Numbered from the stretch's first letter, positions 50,271-60,211 are shown. The stretch is DNA of 64,000 nucleotides from Parcubacteria bacterium C7867-005 (GCA_001189165.1 LFCO01000003.1:50769-114768); one strand, 5' to 3'. Notes: a model not told the origin generated them from the letters alone. Numbers and translations: made by a program.

Positions 50271-50819
50271 TTATTCAGTATTTGGTGACAAGTTTAACTG
50301 GAATTCTATATCCTTATCTTTGGCAAAGTTTGATACAGGTAAAACAATTTTGGAAAAATTATCAGAAGAGTTTAAACGATTCTCAAAATCTATAAGGGTT
50401 TTCCTGTCCCTTGCAACACCAGAAAGTGAAATATTTCTTTTCTTACGGTCCTTGTCGTCTATTTTCCATGAGATATTGAGAATAGATATTCCTGCTGGCT
50501 TAACAAAAATTATCTTTTGGATAAATTCATATGGTTTATCTGTATCTTGTTCAGGAGAAACAGCCTTCAGCTTTTCGTTAGTTAGCGACAGCCATTCTTC
50601 CATGGCCAAGCCATCAGAGGCAGAGGTGGAGTGTTTTAAGGCCTCAGTCCTGGATACAACCTCATCCATCCTATAGTTTGAAGTAATGTACGAAGGCACC
50701 AAAGCAAAAATACCTATAAACAAAGAAAAAGAGATGCCTGAAAAAATAATGGTTGTCCTGCGGATTTTATATTCGCGCTCGACTTTGGCTCTTGAATTTT
50801 CAGTTAATAATTTAAACAT
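50271..50819 (-). CDS. PilN-like type IV pilus assembly protein
   Basis: MFKLL, TM helix, KPAGISI, ISLSGVA.DR..L..F motif. Confidence 0.7.
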   Translation of the reverse strand: MFKLLTENSRAKVEREYKIRRTTIIFSGISFSLFIGIFALVPSYITSNYRMDEVVSRTEALKHSTSASDGLAMEEWLSLTNEKLKAVSPEQDTDKPYEFIQKIIFVKPAGISILNISWKIDDKDRKKRNISLSGVARDRKTLIDFENRLNSSDNFSKIVLPVSNFAKDKDIEFQLNLSPNTE

Positions 50820-51846
50820 ATTTAGGTTCTTTGTTTGGTAAAGCCGTACCAATCGCCGCTCCATAAGAAAGTGACTCTTCAAAAGAGATGTCCGGAAGAT
50901 ACTCGTTAAATGAAAAGGCATTCGCCCAGACATTAGCTACTGAATACTCTACATCGATACCTTCCATCAAATCTGAGAGGAATCCTTCATTCTTTTTGTT
51001 TGCTCCAACTCCTGTAAGGATGATTTTCTCTATTTTTTTCTGAGGTATGCCCATTTTGTTTAATCTGGTATTCCAGAAAACAAAAAGCTTTCTCATTTCT
51101 GTTTTTAGATTAGACAAATCTGGGTAACCACCGGAGTCATCTTGTCTGGTTCCATAAGCTGGGGTAGAACTGAACTGCATAACTTCATCTTCAGCTATAT
51201 AAAACCCCGTTTTATCCTCGCTCAAATTTAGTATGAGGTGAGCTCGAGTATCACCCGTGAGGATGACTGCTCGGGCTATGGCTTGTGACTCAATATCAAA
51301 AGAGATTGGTGTTATACCCGCATCCTCGAATATTTTTAGATAAACTTCAACAGCTTTGTTTGGCAGAACAGCTACAGCAACTTTGACCAAAGCCTTATCT
51401 TCTGTATCTCCGATAATATCAAAATCAAAAACAGACTCACTGAGGGCCACGGGGACGTTCTCTTCTATGGTGAAAGCTACTCGGTCCCTCAGACTATCAA
51501 AAGGTTTTTTGTCTACCTGGGTAGTAAAAACATAAGCTTTTTCCTCTGGTAGTGTCGCCCGTGCGAAATCAAAACCATATTTTATCCTCAAGTCGGACAG
51601 GACCTTGCTCAGGGCCTCTTTGTCGTGGATATAACCAGCAACAATCAACCCCGGAGCGAGCCTCACCTCAACTGCAGTCAGCAGGGTTAGGTCGCCCCTA
51701 TGGCCTGTTTGTCTAAATTCAACCAAGTGAACGGCTCTATCCGAGAGGGCGATACCTACTCTCGATATATGTAGAAACCCCGGGGTTGGAAAAAGGGTGA
51801 AGAAACCTTTTTTGTGTGAGTGTGTTGAAGGAACTACTTCTGACAT
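50812..51846 (-). CDS. pilM: Type IV pilus assembly protein PilM (actin-like)
   Basis: GIALSDRAVHLVE, LPEEKAY, DIESQAIARA, IILTG.G, AAIG.AL. Confidence 0.8.
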   Translation of the reverse strand: MSEVVPSTHSHKKGFFTLFPTPGFLHISRVGIALSDRAVHLVEFRQTGHRGDLTLLTAVEVRLAPGLIVAGYIHDKEALSKVLSDLRIKYGFDFARATLPEEKAYVFTTQVDKKPFDSLRDRVAFTIEENVPVALSESVFDFDIIGDTEDKALVKVAVAVLPNKAVEVYLKIFEDAGITPISFDIESQAIARAVILTGDTRAHLILNLSEDKTGFYIAEDEVMQFSSTPAYGTRQDDSGGYPDLSNLKTEMRKLFVFWNTRLNKMGIPQKKIEKIILTGVGANKKNEGFLSDLMEGIDVEYSVANVWANAFSFNEYLPDISFEESLSYGAAIGTALPNKEPKYV

Positions 51847-51882
51847 AAAGATATTATACACTCACTCTGAGCATAGCGTAGA

Positions 51883-52209
51883 CTATTTTACACGGAGACC
51901 GACCGGAACATCTGAAGATACTTTGAGCAAAGAGAAGATTTCATCATTTGAGACAGCGAGGATCATGGCTTCACTCGGTATGCCCATAAGAGGTCTGGGT
52001 TCTAGGTTTGTGGCGAAGGCGCACTTCACTCCGACCAAGACCTGTGGGTCAGCAAAATACTTTCTAATCCCTGACACAACTGTTCTTGGTTTTTCTTCTG
52101 CAAATTTAACTGATAATTTCAAAAGCTTTTCGGAAGCTTCGATAGTCTCAACCGACAAAATCTCTCCGATGCTTATCTCCCCTTTTTTGAATTCATCTAT
52201 GGTGATCAT
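51883..52209 (-). CDS. Stand-alone tRNA-binding OB-fold protein (MetRS C-domain/Trbp111/CsaA-like)
   Basis: ITIDEF.K, KLLKL.V, RTVVSGI, NLEPR.LMG..SEAMILA. Confidence 0.85.
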   Translation of the reverse strand: MITIDEFKKGEISIGEILSVETIEASEKLLKLSVKFAEEKPRTVVSGIRKYFADPQVLVGVKCAFATNLEPRPLMGIPSEAMILAVSNDEIFSLLKVSSDVPVGLRVK

Positions 52210-52583
52210 TTATTTGAATCTATATAACTTTTAAGTATGAGTGCCGCGGCTGATGCATCTCTCATGGTTGTTTTACCCTGTAGTCTATCTGCTTCCATCG
52301 AAGTATAGACCTCTGGATGCAGTACAACATCGAATCCTCTAGATTTTAAATCATTTATGAATAATTTAATTTCTTCGAAAATTGGATTGTGTTTGCCGTC
52401 CAAATTTTTGGATTCACCAACCACAACCCTCTCTATTTTGCTCTCTCTGACCATCTGAGATATGTCGTTCAAAAGATTCGGATCGTTCGGCAAAACTACT
52501 CTAGGCAGAGCGAATTGGCCAGATTCATCCGTCGAGGCAACCCCGACCCTCTTTGCTCCATAATCTACTGCCAAAATCTTCAT
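52206..52583 (-). CDS. ruvX: YqgF/RuvX family nuclease
   Basis: ILAVDYGAKRVGVA, VVGES, E.YTS.EA, DASAAALIL. Confidence 0.88.
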   Translation of the reverse strand: MKILAVDYGAKRVGVASTDESGQFALPRVVLPNDPNLLNDISQMVRESKIERVVVGESKNLDGKHNPIFEEIKLFINDLKSRGFDVVLHPEVYTSMEADRLQGKTTMRDASAAALILKSYIDSNK

Positions 52584-52608
52584 CCTCGCATTATAGTACA
52601 ATTAACTG

Positions 52609-52821
52609 ATGGAAACCTGGATCACCGACCACCCCCTACTCGCACTGCTCACTCTGGCCTGGATTATCATCTGGAAGGGCCTGGCTCTGTGGAAAGCTGC
52701 TGGGCTTCAGCAAAAGTATTGGTTTATGGCACTTCTTGTCATCAACACTTTCGGTTTACTTGAAATCTTCTATCTGTACGCCATCGGCAGGAAATATGAG
52801 GTAAAGGTTTTGAAAGACTAG
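52609..52821 (+). CDS. Small membrane protein (DUF5652-like)
   Basis: WKGLALWKAA....WF..LLVINTFGLLEI.Y. Confidence 0.75.
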   Translation: METWITDHPLLALLTLAWIIIWKGLALWKAAGLQQKYWFMALLVINTFGLLEIFYLYAIGRKYEVKVLKD

Positions 52822-52879
52822 TTTCATATCTATAAATATAGCTACTTGCAAACAGTTGCCCATACTGTATGATTAAAGT

Positions 52880-53251
52880 ATGAGGATAACACAGAGAAAA
52901 GGTGATGTCGCAGTAGCCCAAGCGGTGGCAACTTTCACCCGATACGGCTTTGACGTATCTCTCCCCCTCACCGAATCAGCCGCTTATGATTTGATAGTTG
53001 ATACTGGTAAAGATATAAGGAGGGTGCAAATCAAATTTGCTTCTGGGAAAGAAGTGGGTCTACGTAGAGTACACTCAAACTCAAAGGGTTATGTCGTCAA
53101 AAAACCTCTTAAAAATACCTTCGACTGGCTTTACGTCCTTAATAGCTCTGGTGAAGAATTTTTGGTAACATACAGCCTGGCTGGGAGAAACTGTATAAAC
53201 CCCCAGTCCAAAGATATACTGGCTAGTGTGCTGAGAAGCATTAAAGCCTGA
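52880..53251 (+). CDS. PD-(D/E)XK endonuclease resembling the I-Ssp6803I group I intron-associated family
   Basis: KGDVA......F...G..VS.P......YDLIVD......RVQIK. Confidence 0.75.
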   Translation: MRITQRKGDVAVAQAVATFTRYGFDVSLPLTESAAYDLIVDTGKDIRRVQIKFASGKEVGLRRVHSNSKGYVVKKPLKNTFDWLYVLNSSGEEFLVTYSLAGRNCINPQSKDILASVLRSIKA

Positions 53252-53252
53252 G

Positions 53253-53340
53253 GGAGGAGTGGCTCGAGAGGTTTAAGGCACCGCACTTGAAATGCGGCAT
53301 GGGGTAAATCCCATCGTGAGTTCGAATCTCACCTCCTCCG
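53253..53340 (+). tRNA. tRNA-Ser(TGA)
   Basis: GGAGGAG..CCGCA-CTTGAAA-TGCGG, long variable arm, GAGTTCGAATCTC..CTCCTCCG. Confidence 0.93.
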
Positions 53341-53371
53341 CACGAAGTTTGTCTTGTGCTACAATTTTTGT

Positions 53372-53842
53372 ATGAATGAAGGTACTTTCAAAATCGAGTG
53401 GGAAGCACATGAATATGAACACAAGGAACGTAGCCATGATTGGTTCTGGGCTGTTGGTATCGCCACAGTGGGTATAGCTATCGCTTCCATTATTTTTGGT
53501 AATATAATCTTTGCCATACTCATCCTTGTATCTGTTTTTGCTCTAACCTTATTTGTAAACAGAGAACCCGAATCAATACGAGTAATACTAGATGAAAAAG
53601 GTATCAGCAAAGATAAGGTCCTCTACCCCTTTGATACTCTCCATTCTTTTTGGATTGATACAGACCATCCCCACAAAAAAATACTCCTAAGGTCAAAAAA
53701 GCTTTTGATGCCGTACATCATAATCCCTCTAGGAGATAACCCGGACAAAGAAAATTTAAAAAAGAAACTTTCAAACTATATAAAAGAAGAGTACCACCGC
53801 CTCTCCTTCGCCGAAACAATACTTGAATACCTAGGATTTTAA
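53372..53842 (+). CDS. Conserved hypothetical membrane protein
   Basis: WEAHEY..KERS.DWFW, two TM helices, soluble C-domain. Confidence 0.7.
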   Translation: MNEGTFKIEWEAHEYEHKERSHDWFWAVGIATVGIAIASIIFGNIIFAILILVSVFALTLFVNREPESIRVILDEKGISKDKVLYPFDTLHSFWIDTDHPHKKILLRSKKLLMPYIIIPLGDNPDKENLKKKLSNYIKEEYHRLSFAETILEYLGF

Positions 53843-53869
53843 CTCTTGACACCACTCAATGTCTCGACA

Positions 53870-55117
53870 TTATGTCAGGTGAGATCCTGCAATTACCGAC
53901 TTCTCTATCTTAATTCTATTTAATACAAATAGACTGATTATCAAAAGTAGCGTGAGAGAAATCAACCCTGTCTGGTATCCCCTAACTCCCTCTCCCATAG
54001 TAATAAGAGCAATACTCCAGACAGCTGGTCCTACAAACGTGGCGAATCTCTCAGCGACGACATAGTAACTGTACGAAGATGCGACAAGGTGCGGCGGAGC
54101 AAGTTCTCCCACCAGCGCACGACTTATACCCCACACTGGTCCAAAAAGTATTCCGGCAAATAGGAAAATTGGAATCAAGGTTTTAAAATTTGTTACCAAA
54201 ACCATCGCCATGAAAATGAAACACCAAACGACAAGAATGATTTTCAGAGTTTTCAAATTTCCCTTTTTATCCGCAATCTTACCGAAAATAATTGCACCGA
54301 TAGCTGCAAGAATGAGAATGCTTGCGGTAAGGAGAGACTTGACCGTATCAGTTGCATGATGGACTGTTTCTAAGTAAAGAGGGAAGTTATTCGCAAATGT
54401 GAGCATGGCGTCGCTGAATAGAAAATATGCCAACAAAAGAAGAGCTAGGGGTTTGCAAGAAAAAACTTCCCTGAATAATGAAACTGGGTTTGACTGACCC
54501 TTGGCCAGAGGAATATCAATGACAGAATTAGCATTTTCTCGGTAAAATAAGAGCATCGGTAATGCCAGTAGTCCAAAAATAATTGTTGCTGGAAACAAAG
54601 CTTGAGCTCTACCCGGATCGCCAAATAACGTGACCCCGTTTACGAATGGAAGTGTAATTAGAATCCCAACTACTTGGCCGATCGAGTTCGCACTCTGACC
54701 TATTCCCGATCTCCAAGAGCGATTTTCTTGACTTGATAAATCGTTGAGCATCGGAGTGAAGTAGAGAAAACAAACGAGATATGCATAAGTGGAAAGTGTG
54801 TATAATATTGTGGCAAAAACCTCCAGACTATCTGAAAACATCACAAGAAGAGAAACCCCTGTATAGCCAGCAAAAGTAAGAAGTGTCCAAAACCGAAGAC
54901 CCTTGATTTTTACTTTCGTTGCATCGATTTTCTTGCTCACAAGAGGCGCTGTAATAATGAACAGTGTTGAAGAAACGATAAGTGCAGCGTTATACCACCA
55001 TGCGGGTTTTCCTTGATCAATGACAAGCCATTGAGAAAAATAGAAAAGGAAGGCCATCAAGACAATAGAATTGGCAAAATCATATAGCGACCAGAGAAAC
55101 AGTGGTTTTTTGCTCAT
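53870..55117 (-). CDS. MFS transporter (UMF1/Atg22-like)
   Basis: WSLYDFANS, about 12 TM helices, SRAL..EL.P. Confidence 0.85.
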   Translation of the reverse strand: MSKKPLFLWSLYDFANSIVLMAFLFYFSQWLVIDQGKPAWWYNAALIVSSTLFIITAPLVSKKIDATKVKIKGLRFWTLLTFAGYTGVSLLVMFSDSLEVFATILYTLSTYAYLVCFLYFTPMLNDLSSQENRSWRSGIGQSANSIGQVVGILITLPFVNGVTLFGDPGRAQALFPATIIFGLLALPMLLFYRENANSVIDIPLAKGQSNPVSLFREVFSCKPLALLLLAYFLFSDAMLTFANNFPLYLETVHHATDTVKSLLTASILILAAIGAIIFGKIADKKGNLKTLKIILVVWCFIFMAMVLVTNFKTLIPIFLFAGILFGPVWGISRALVGELAPPHLVASSYSYYVVAERFATFVGPAVWSIALITMGEGVRGYQTGLISLTLLLIISLFVLNRIKIEKSVIAGSHLT

Positions 55118-55197
55118 CAGTTTAATTCTAGCCTAGAATCTCCTATCTCTAAAACAAATTACCAATTTCAACAACCTTGGTCTCTCTCAACAAAAGG

Positions 55198-55269
55198 TGC
55201 CCCTGGCAGGAATCGAACCTGCATCATAACTTCCGCAAAGTTACGTCCTATCCATTGAACGACAGGAGC
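55198..55269 (-). tRNA. tRNA-Arg(GCG)
   Basis: GCTCCTGTCGTTCAATGGATAGGACG-TAACT-TTGCGGA-AGTTA..GGTTCGATTCC..CAGGGGCA. Confidence 0.9.
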
Positions 55270-55300
55270 AATTTATTTTCTATCTCGAACTCAAATAAGC

Positions 55301-55561
55301 TTAAAGCTTTTTTATCTGTTTAGAAAGACGGGAGGTCTTCCTAGACGCAGTGTTCTTGTTCAAAGTTTTCTCTTTGACTGCTTTATCTAGAGCACTCTGC
55401 ACATCTCTTAAAGCGAGGAGGGCTTCTTTCTTCTTGTTTTCGTTTATGAGTTTTTTAACCACCTTCAAAGCTCTGGCAACCTTGTCTTTGCGAGCGAGGT
55501 TAGCCTCTCGTTTTTTGACGGATGACCTCAGAGCTTTTTTGGCTGAACGTGTTATAGGCAT
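55301..55561 (-). CDS. rpsT: 30S ribosomal protein S20
   Basis: MPITRSAKKALR...LDKAVK...KNTASRKTSRL. Confidence 0.95.
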   Translation of the reverse strand: MPITRSAKKALRSSVKKREANLARKDKVARALKVVKKLINENKKKEALLALRDVQSALDKAVKEKTLNKNTASRKTSRLSKQIKKL

Positions 55562-55618
55562 CCGTGGATTCTACCCCACGCCCTTACATAAATCAAGGTT
55601 TTCTATTATTATGGGCCA

Positions 55619-56197
55619 ATGATTGGCACCCTCAGAGGATCGGTCGTATACAAGGATCTACACTCTCTAATCGTAGATGTAAACGGCGTTGGATATAAGG
55701 TATCTGTGACCACAGACACTACCCTAGATGCCGTCCCTAGCGAACCAATATTCCTCTGGACATACCTGGCGGTTAGAGAAACTGCGCTGGATCTTTATGG
55801 ATTCTCTTCAAAGGAAACCTTGGAGGTCTTTGAGCTTCTGATTACTATCTCTGGCATAGGACCCAAGACAGCGCTCGGCATACTGAATGTTGCTTCTACA
55901 GATATGCTCCGCCAGGCGGTGGCCGAAGACGACACTTCTTATCTAACTCGTGTATCAGGTATAGGCAAGAAAAATGCAGAGAAAATAGTGCTTGAGCTGA
56001 GAGACAAACTTGTCAGTGTCTCCACAGAAAAAGGCCTCAACCTCAGGGCAGAAGGAGATGCTCTGGAAGCCCTGGTGTCTTTGGGTTACAGCGAAAGAGA
56101 TGCCCGTGAAGCACTGAAGAAAATACCAAAAGATGTAGAAAATACGAGTGAACGAGTCAAGCAGGCGCTTAAACTCCTTTCCAAAAATCATGGATAA
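55619..56197 (+). CDS. ruvA: Holliday junction branch migration protein RuvA
   Basis: MIGTLRG, GVGYKV, LYGF, SGIGPKTAL, GIGKKNAEKIVLEL, ALVSLGYS. Confidence 0.95.
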   Translation: MIGTLRGSVVYKDLHSLIVDVNGVGYKVSVTTDTTLDAVPSEPIFLWTYLAVRETALDLYGFSSKETLEVFELLITISGIGPKTALGILNVASTDMLRQAVAEDDTSYLTRVSGIGKKNAEKIVLELRDKLVSVSTEKGLNLRAEGDALEALVSLGYSERDAREALKKIPKDVENTSERVKQALKLLSKNHG

Positions 56198-57476
56198 AAT
56201 ACTCTGGTTTATCAAAAAATTTATTCCCAAGAATCTTTTTGATTCTTTGGCTCCGCTCTACCACTACGCTTTGGCTGTGTCGGGTGCTCTTATCTACAGA
56301 TTCCCCTCAAAGCACATCACCACCATCGCCGTCACCGGCACCAAAGGCAAGTCGAGCACAATAGAGATGTTGAATGCGATGTTCGAAGCCGGTGGCCACA
56401 AAACAGCACTCCTCGGCACAATCCGTTTCAAGATCGGAGATGAATCAAGACCAAACAAAACCAAGATGACCATCCCTGGTAGATTTTTTGTTCAGAAATT
56501 TCTACGACAGGCGGTGAAGAGTGGTTGTAGTGTGGCTATATTAGAGATGTCATCCGAAGCGGCCAAACAGTACAGACATAAATTCATTTATCTTGATGCA
56601 CTAGTCTTTACGAACCTTTCTCCTGAACACATCGAGTCTCATGGATCGTTTGAAAAATACCGTAAGGCTAAGTTGGAAATTACCAAAGTACTAAAAAAGA
56701 AACTTAAACCCAAGAGCGTGGTTGTGGCTAACGCAGATGATCCAAATGCAGATTTATTTTTAAAATGTGGAGCCGAAGAATCTTATCCATATTCCCTTTC
56801 GAATGGAGAACCTTATACTGTCGATTCAAGTGGTATCCGTTTTACCTACAAGGGCGTAGAGATAAAATCTGGTCTAAGGGGCGTGTTTAACCTGTACAAC
56901 CTCCTAGGCGCATCTGTATGTGCAGATGCCTTCGGAGTTCCGACTCTCTCTATAAAAGAGGGGGTAGAAAGACTTTCACTCATACGTGGCCGAGTAGAGT
57001 TTGTAAAACTATCTGAAGATAATCCAAATAACAGCAAACAAAATTTCGATGTGATAGTGGATTATGCCCACACGGCGGGTTCACTTGGTGAGCTATACAA
57101 AACATTTGAGGGGCAGAGAAAAGTCTGCGTGTTTGGAAACACTGGTGGCGGTAGAGACAAGTGGAAGAGACCAGAAATGGCCAAGGTAGCTGATAATTTT
57201 TGTGATGAAGTGATCCTCACAAACGAGGATCCTTATGATGAAGACCCGAAACAAATAATCTCTGACATGTTACCCGGATTTAAAAAAAATAATCCAGAGA
57301 TAATTATGGATAGGCGCGAAGCCATCCACGCAGCTATCAGTAAAGCCAAAAACGGAGATGCTGTGCTTATCACCGGTAAGGGCACGGACCCAGCTATCAT
57401 GCTCGCTGATGGTAAGCGACTCGAGTGGAGCGACTACGAAGTAGCAAAAGAGGAGTTGGAAAAAATTTTAAAATAA
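56190..57476 (+). CDS. murE: MurE-type Mur ligase
   Basis: VTGTKGKSST, EMSSE, FTNLSPEHIESHG, VDYAHT, GGGRDKWKRP.M, EDP, ITGKG. Confidence 0.88.
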   Translation: MDKILWFIKKFIPKNLFDSLAPLYHYALAVSGALIYRFPSKHITTIAVTGTKGKSSTIEMLNAMFEAGGHKTALLGTIRFKIGDESRPNKTKMTIPGRFFVQKFLRQAVKSGCSVAILEMSSEAAKQYRHKFIYLDALVFTNLSPEHIESHGSFEKYRKAKLEITKVLKKKLKPKSVVVANADDPNADLFLKCGAEESYPYSLSNGEPYTVDSSGIRFTYKGVEIKSGLRGVFNLYNLLGASVCADAFGVPTLSIKEGVERLSLIRGRVEFVKLSEDNPNNSKQNFDVIVDYAHTAGSLGELYKTFEGQRKVCVFGNTGGGRDKWKRPEMAKVADNFCDEVILTNEDPYDEDPKQIISDMLPGFKKNNPEIIMDRREAIHAAISKAKNGDAVLITGKGTDPAIMLADGKRLEWSDYEVAKEELEKILK

Positions 57477-57519
57477 TTTGCATAAATATGGCCCCGACAC
57501 TTTGTCGGGGCCTGTTTGT

Positions 57520-57966
57520 TCACCACCACGCACTCGCAACCCCAACCAAGAGAAGGGCCCCGAAAAGCCCCCGGAAGAATTCCTTGACCTTCTCGAGAAA
57601 GCTCGCTCCCTCAAAAAGGGGGTCCTTGATTGGAGGGAACATCACCCTATGTGCCTCCTCCCTGATGACTTCGATCATCTGGTGGACCATCACGTTCTCA
57701 GTCTTGATGACCGTGAGCTTCGGCTCCTCGTTCGAGACGGTCCTCGTGTAGATGAACAGGATGCGATCCTCAGGCCGGGCGAGTCCCAAGCCGTGCGCGA
57801 TGTTGATCCCCTGAACGGCCAGGTAAACCGGCCGAAGCACGTCGCGAATCTCCTCTCTCTGCTTCTGTGAGGAAGACGGCCCAACAAGGACACGGTAGAT
57901 GGTGTTCCCGTGCCAGGTGACTTCGACCAACATGTGGTCGAAGGTTACCGCCCTTTCTTCGATCAT
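57520..57966 (-). CDS. Hypothetical protein with C-terminal TM helix (GC-rich orphan)
   Basis: GAGGA RBS, TTGACT-N17-TATTAT promoter, downstream hairpin. Confidence 0.65.
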   Translation of the reverse strand: MIEERAVTFDHMLVEVTWHGNTIYRVLVGPSSSQKQREEIRDVLRPVYLAVQGINIAHGLGLARPEDRILFIYTRTVSNEEPKLTVIKTENVMVHQMIEVIREEAHRVMFPPIKDPLFEGASFLEKVKEFFRGLFGALLLVGVASAWW

Positions 57967-58118
57967 TGTTTCCTCATGAGTCGTGAGTGAAGGTGCTCCA
58001 ACAAATATAATACCACATTTATAGGTCCGAAGTCAAGCTATAAATACCTTGTTTATTAGCCTCAAAGTGCTAATTTTTAGATAGATACAAGCTCAAACCC
58101 TTCCCCGACAGGAGCACC

Positions 58119-58388
58119 ATGCCCAAGATCGATCGGCGGTGTAGGAACAAGGACGGGAGTCCCAAGATCAAGTACCGCGATATCGGACTTGCCCGAGAAG
58201 CAGCGAGGAAGCTCGGTCACGGACAGCAGGCGTATTCTTGCGGAAGGTGTAGTTTTTGCCACACCGGCCACCGCAAGACATCTGGCCATACACACAGGTC
58301 AAACCATGGGGTGAGCCGGACCTATCGCCATAAGCTTGGCAGAAAGGTCCGAGACTCACGGATCCAACATCATCCACACGCAGCCTAG
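58119..58388 (+). CDS. Small basic protein with YxCxxCxxxH motif (putative Zn-binding)
   Basis: AGGAG RBS; YSCGRCSFCHTGH; Arg/His/Lys-rich. Confidence 0.55.
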   Translation: MPKIDRRCRNKDGSPKIKYRDIGLAREAARKLGHGQQAYSCGRCSFCHTGHRKTSGHTHRSNHGVSRTYRHKLGRKVRDSRIQHHPHAA

Positions 58389-58448
58389 ACAGGCTGCTCT
58401 CTTTTATCTAAGCTAGCCAAAATTCTTTTGAACGAATAAGCTGTCGTT

Positions 58449-59309
58449 ATGCCCGAATTACCCGAGGTGCAAACTACTGTGGATGGTTTAAACAAAACCG
58501 TGAAGGGACGGATTATTAAAGATGTCACTACCACTTATAAAAGTGCGTACCACAAAAACAAAGACAGCATAAAGGATCCAAAATTCTTTAGATACTTTCA
58601 AGAAAAAGTTGTTGGACAAAAAATCTTGAGCGCAGATAGAAGAGCAAAAAATATATTGATCCATCTATCGAACGGATTCACCATACTCACCCACATGAAG
58701 ATGACTGGTTTTTATTTCTATGACGCACCGCCTGATGCTAAATTCATCCGCCTAAATTTCATTTTAGATAACGGCAAATCGCTCGCCTTCTCTGATATGC
58801 GCAAATTCGCCAAAGTGACTGTCGTAGAATCAAAAGATATACACTCCTCCACCCACCTCGTACACCTTGGTAGAGAACCGCTTGATAAAAGCTTCACTTA
58901 TAAAATATTCAAGGGCGCTCTACTAAAACGACCCGGCGCGCCTGTTAAAACCGTTTTAATGGACCAAACGCTCATATCAGGAATCGGCAATATATATTCA
59001 GATGAAATACTCTGGCGCGCGAATGTTCACCCCTTGTCTAAAACCAAACTGATCCCAGACAAAAATTTAAAGCTGGCGTTTATCGCCACCAAAGAAACCC
59101 TGAAAAAAGGCATCGACTTCGGTGGAGATTCTATGTCTGACTATAAAAACATCCACGGCCTACCGGGCAAATTCCAAGACCACCACCGAGCATATAAACA
59201 GAATAAGAAAAGATGTCAGAAAAGAAATTGCAAAGGTACCATCGAAAGGATGGTTGTAGGCACACGCAGTGCTCACTTCTGCCCCAGGCACCAAAAACTA
59301 TTTAGTTAA
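58449..59309 (+). CDS. mutM: Formamidopyrimidine-DNA glycosylase
   Basis: MPELPEV, HMKMTG, DMRKF, GIGNIYSDE, C-terminal Zn finger. Confidence 0.95.
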   Translation: MPELPEVQTTVDGLNKTVKGRIIKDVTTTYKSAYHKNKDSIKDPKFFRYFQEKVVGQKILSADRRAKNILIHLSNGFTILTHMKMTGFYFYDAPPDAKFIRLNFILDNGKSLAFSDMRKFAKVTVVESKDIHSSTHLVHLGREPLDKSFTYKIFKGALLKRPGAPVKTVLMDQTLISGIGNIYSDEILWRANVHPLSKTKLIPDKNLKLAFIATKETLKKGIDFGGDSMSDYKNIHGLPGKFQDHHRAYKQNKKRCQKRNCKGTIERMVVGTRSAHFCPRHQKLFS

Positions 59310-59768
59310 TGAGTATAGAGCAATCCCCGCAGCAACAGCGACATTCAGAGATTCTTTCTCACCTTTCATCTCTATCTCCACAATATGATCAGCTGATTCA
59401 AGTACGGACTTAGATACTCCATCGACCTCATTGCCGACGACAAGCATAAATTTATCAGGGGCTTGGAAAATTTTTAATTCCTTAGAATTTTCTGACTGCT
59501 CGAGGGCGATAATCTGATATTCTTCCTTTCTCAACTTTTCGATGACTGGTTCAATAGTCTTAGAATATTCCCAAGGTACAGACTCCTCTGCCCCCAAAGA
59601 TACCTTAATAAAATCTTTTCTTTTCCTTCCAAATCTATCTATAGGGGCCGGTGATGTGCCTATCAGATAAATCTTGGATATCCCCAAGCAATCTGCTGTA
59701 CGAAAAACAGATCCAACATTGGCCACGCTCCTTATATCTTCGAGGATTAGTATTGCTTCTTTGGACAT
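59298..59768 (-). CDS. TrmH/SpoU family RNA methyltransferase
   Basis: NVGSVFRTAD, VGNEVDGVS, ESLNVAVA. Confidence 0.9.
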   Translation of the reverse strand: MSKEAILILEDIRSVANVGSVFRTADCLGISKIYLIGTSPAPIDRFGRKRKDFIKVSLGAEESVPWEYSKTIEPVIEKLRKEEYQIIALEQSENSKELKIFQAPDKFMLVVGNEVDGVSKSVLESADHIVEIEMKGEKESLNVAVAAGIALYSLTK

Positions 59769-59803
59769 GTGAAAAGACTAACACGGGATGATATAGTAGA
59801 TAC

Positions 59804-60208
59804 ATGCTTAATACTTTTCCAGATCTACTCACCTACTCCCTCTTGGGACCATTCCTGATAAGAGTAGTGGTGGGAATAATCTTTGTTGATTTAGGGATAT
59901 TAAAGTTCAGAGGAGAAAAACAGAATTGGAAAAACTCCTTTGAAGCCCTCCATCTAAACCCAGCAGAAAAAATGGTGTCTATGGTTGGAGTAGTAAATAT
60001 CGTTTGCGGTGCCCTTTTGATTATCGGGTTATGGACCCAAGTAGCTGCTCTCATACTCGGTGTATTAACCCTAATGGAAGTTGCTGTGGAGTGGAGAGAG
60101 GCTCATATCCTCAAAAGGGATCTGGTTTTTTATTTCCTTATGCTTTCAATTTTAATCTCTCTTATGATGACGGGGGCAGGTGCGTTCGCCGTTGATATTC
60201 CTCTATAA
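59804..60208 (+). CDS. DoxX family membrane protein
   Basis: RVVVG..F, G.LLIIGLWTQ.AA, GAGAFAVD. Confidence 0.8.
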   Translation: MLNTFPDLLTYSLLGPFLIRVVVGIIFVDLGILKFRGEKQNWKNSFEALHLNPAEKMVSMVGVVNIVCGALLIIGLWTQVAALILGVLTLMEVAVEWREAHILKRDLVFYFLMLSILISLMMTGAGAFAVDIPL

Positions 60209-60211
60209 AAC

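Noticed and set aside
53253-53340. Group I intron in tRNA-Ser associated with the endonuclease
   Set aside because: The tRNA is contiguous and complete, and the nuclease gene is outside it
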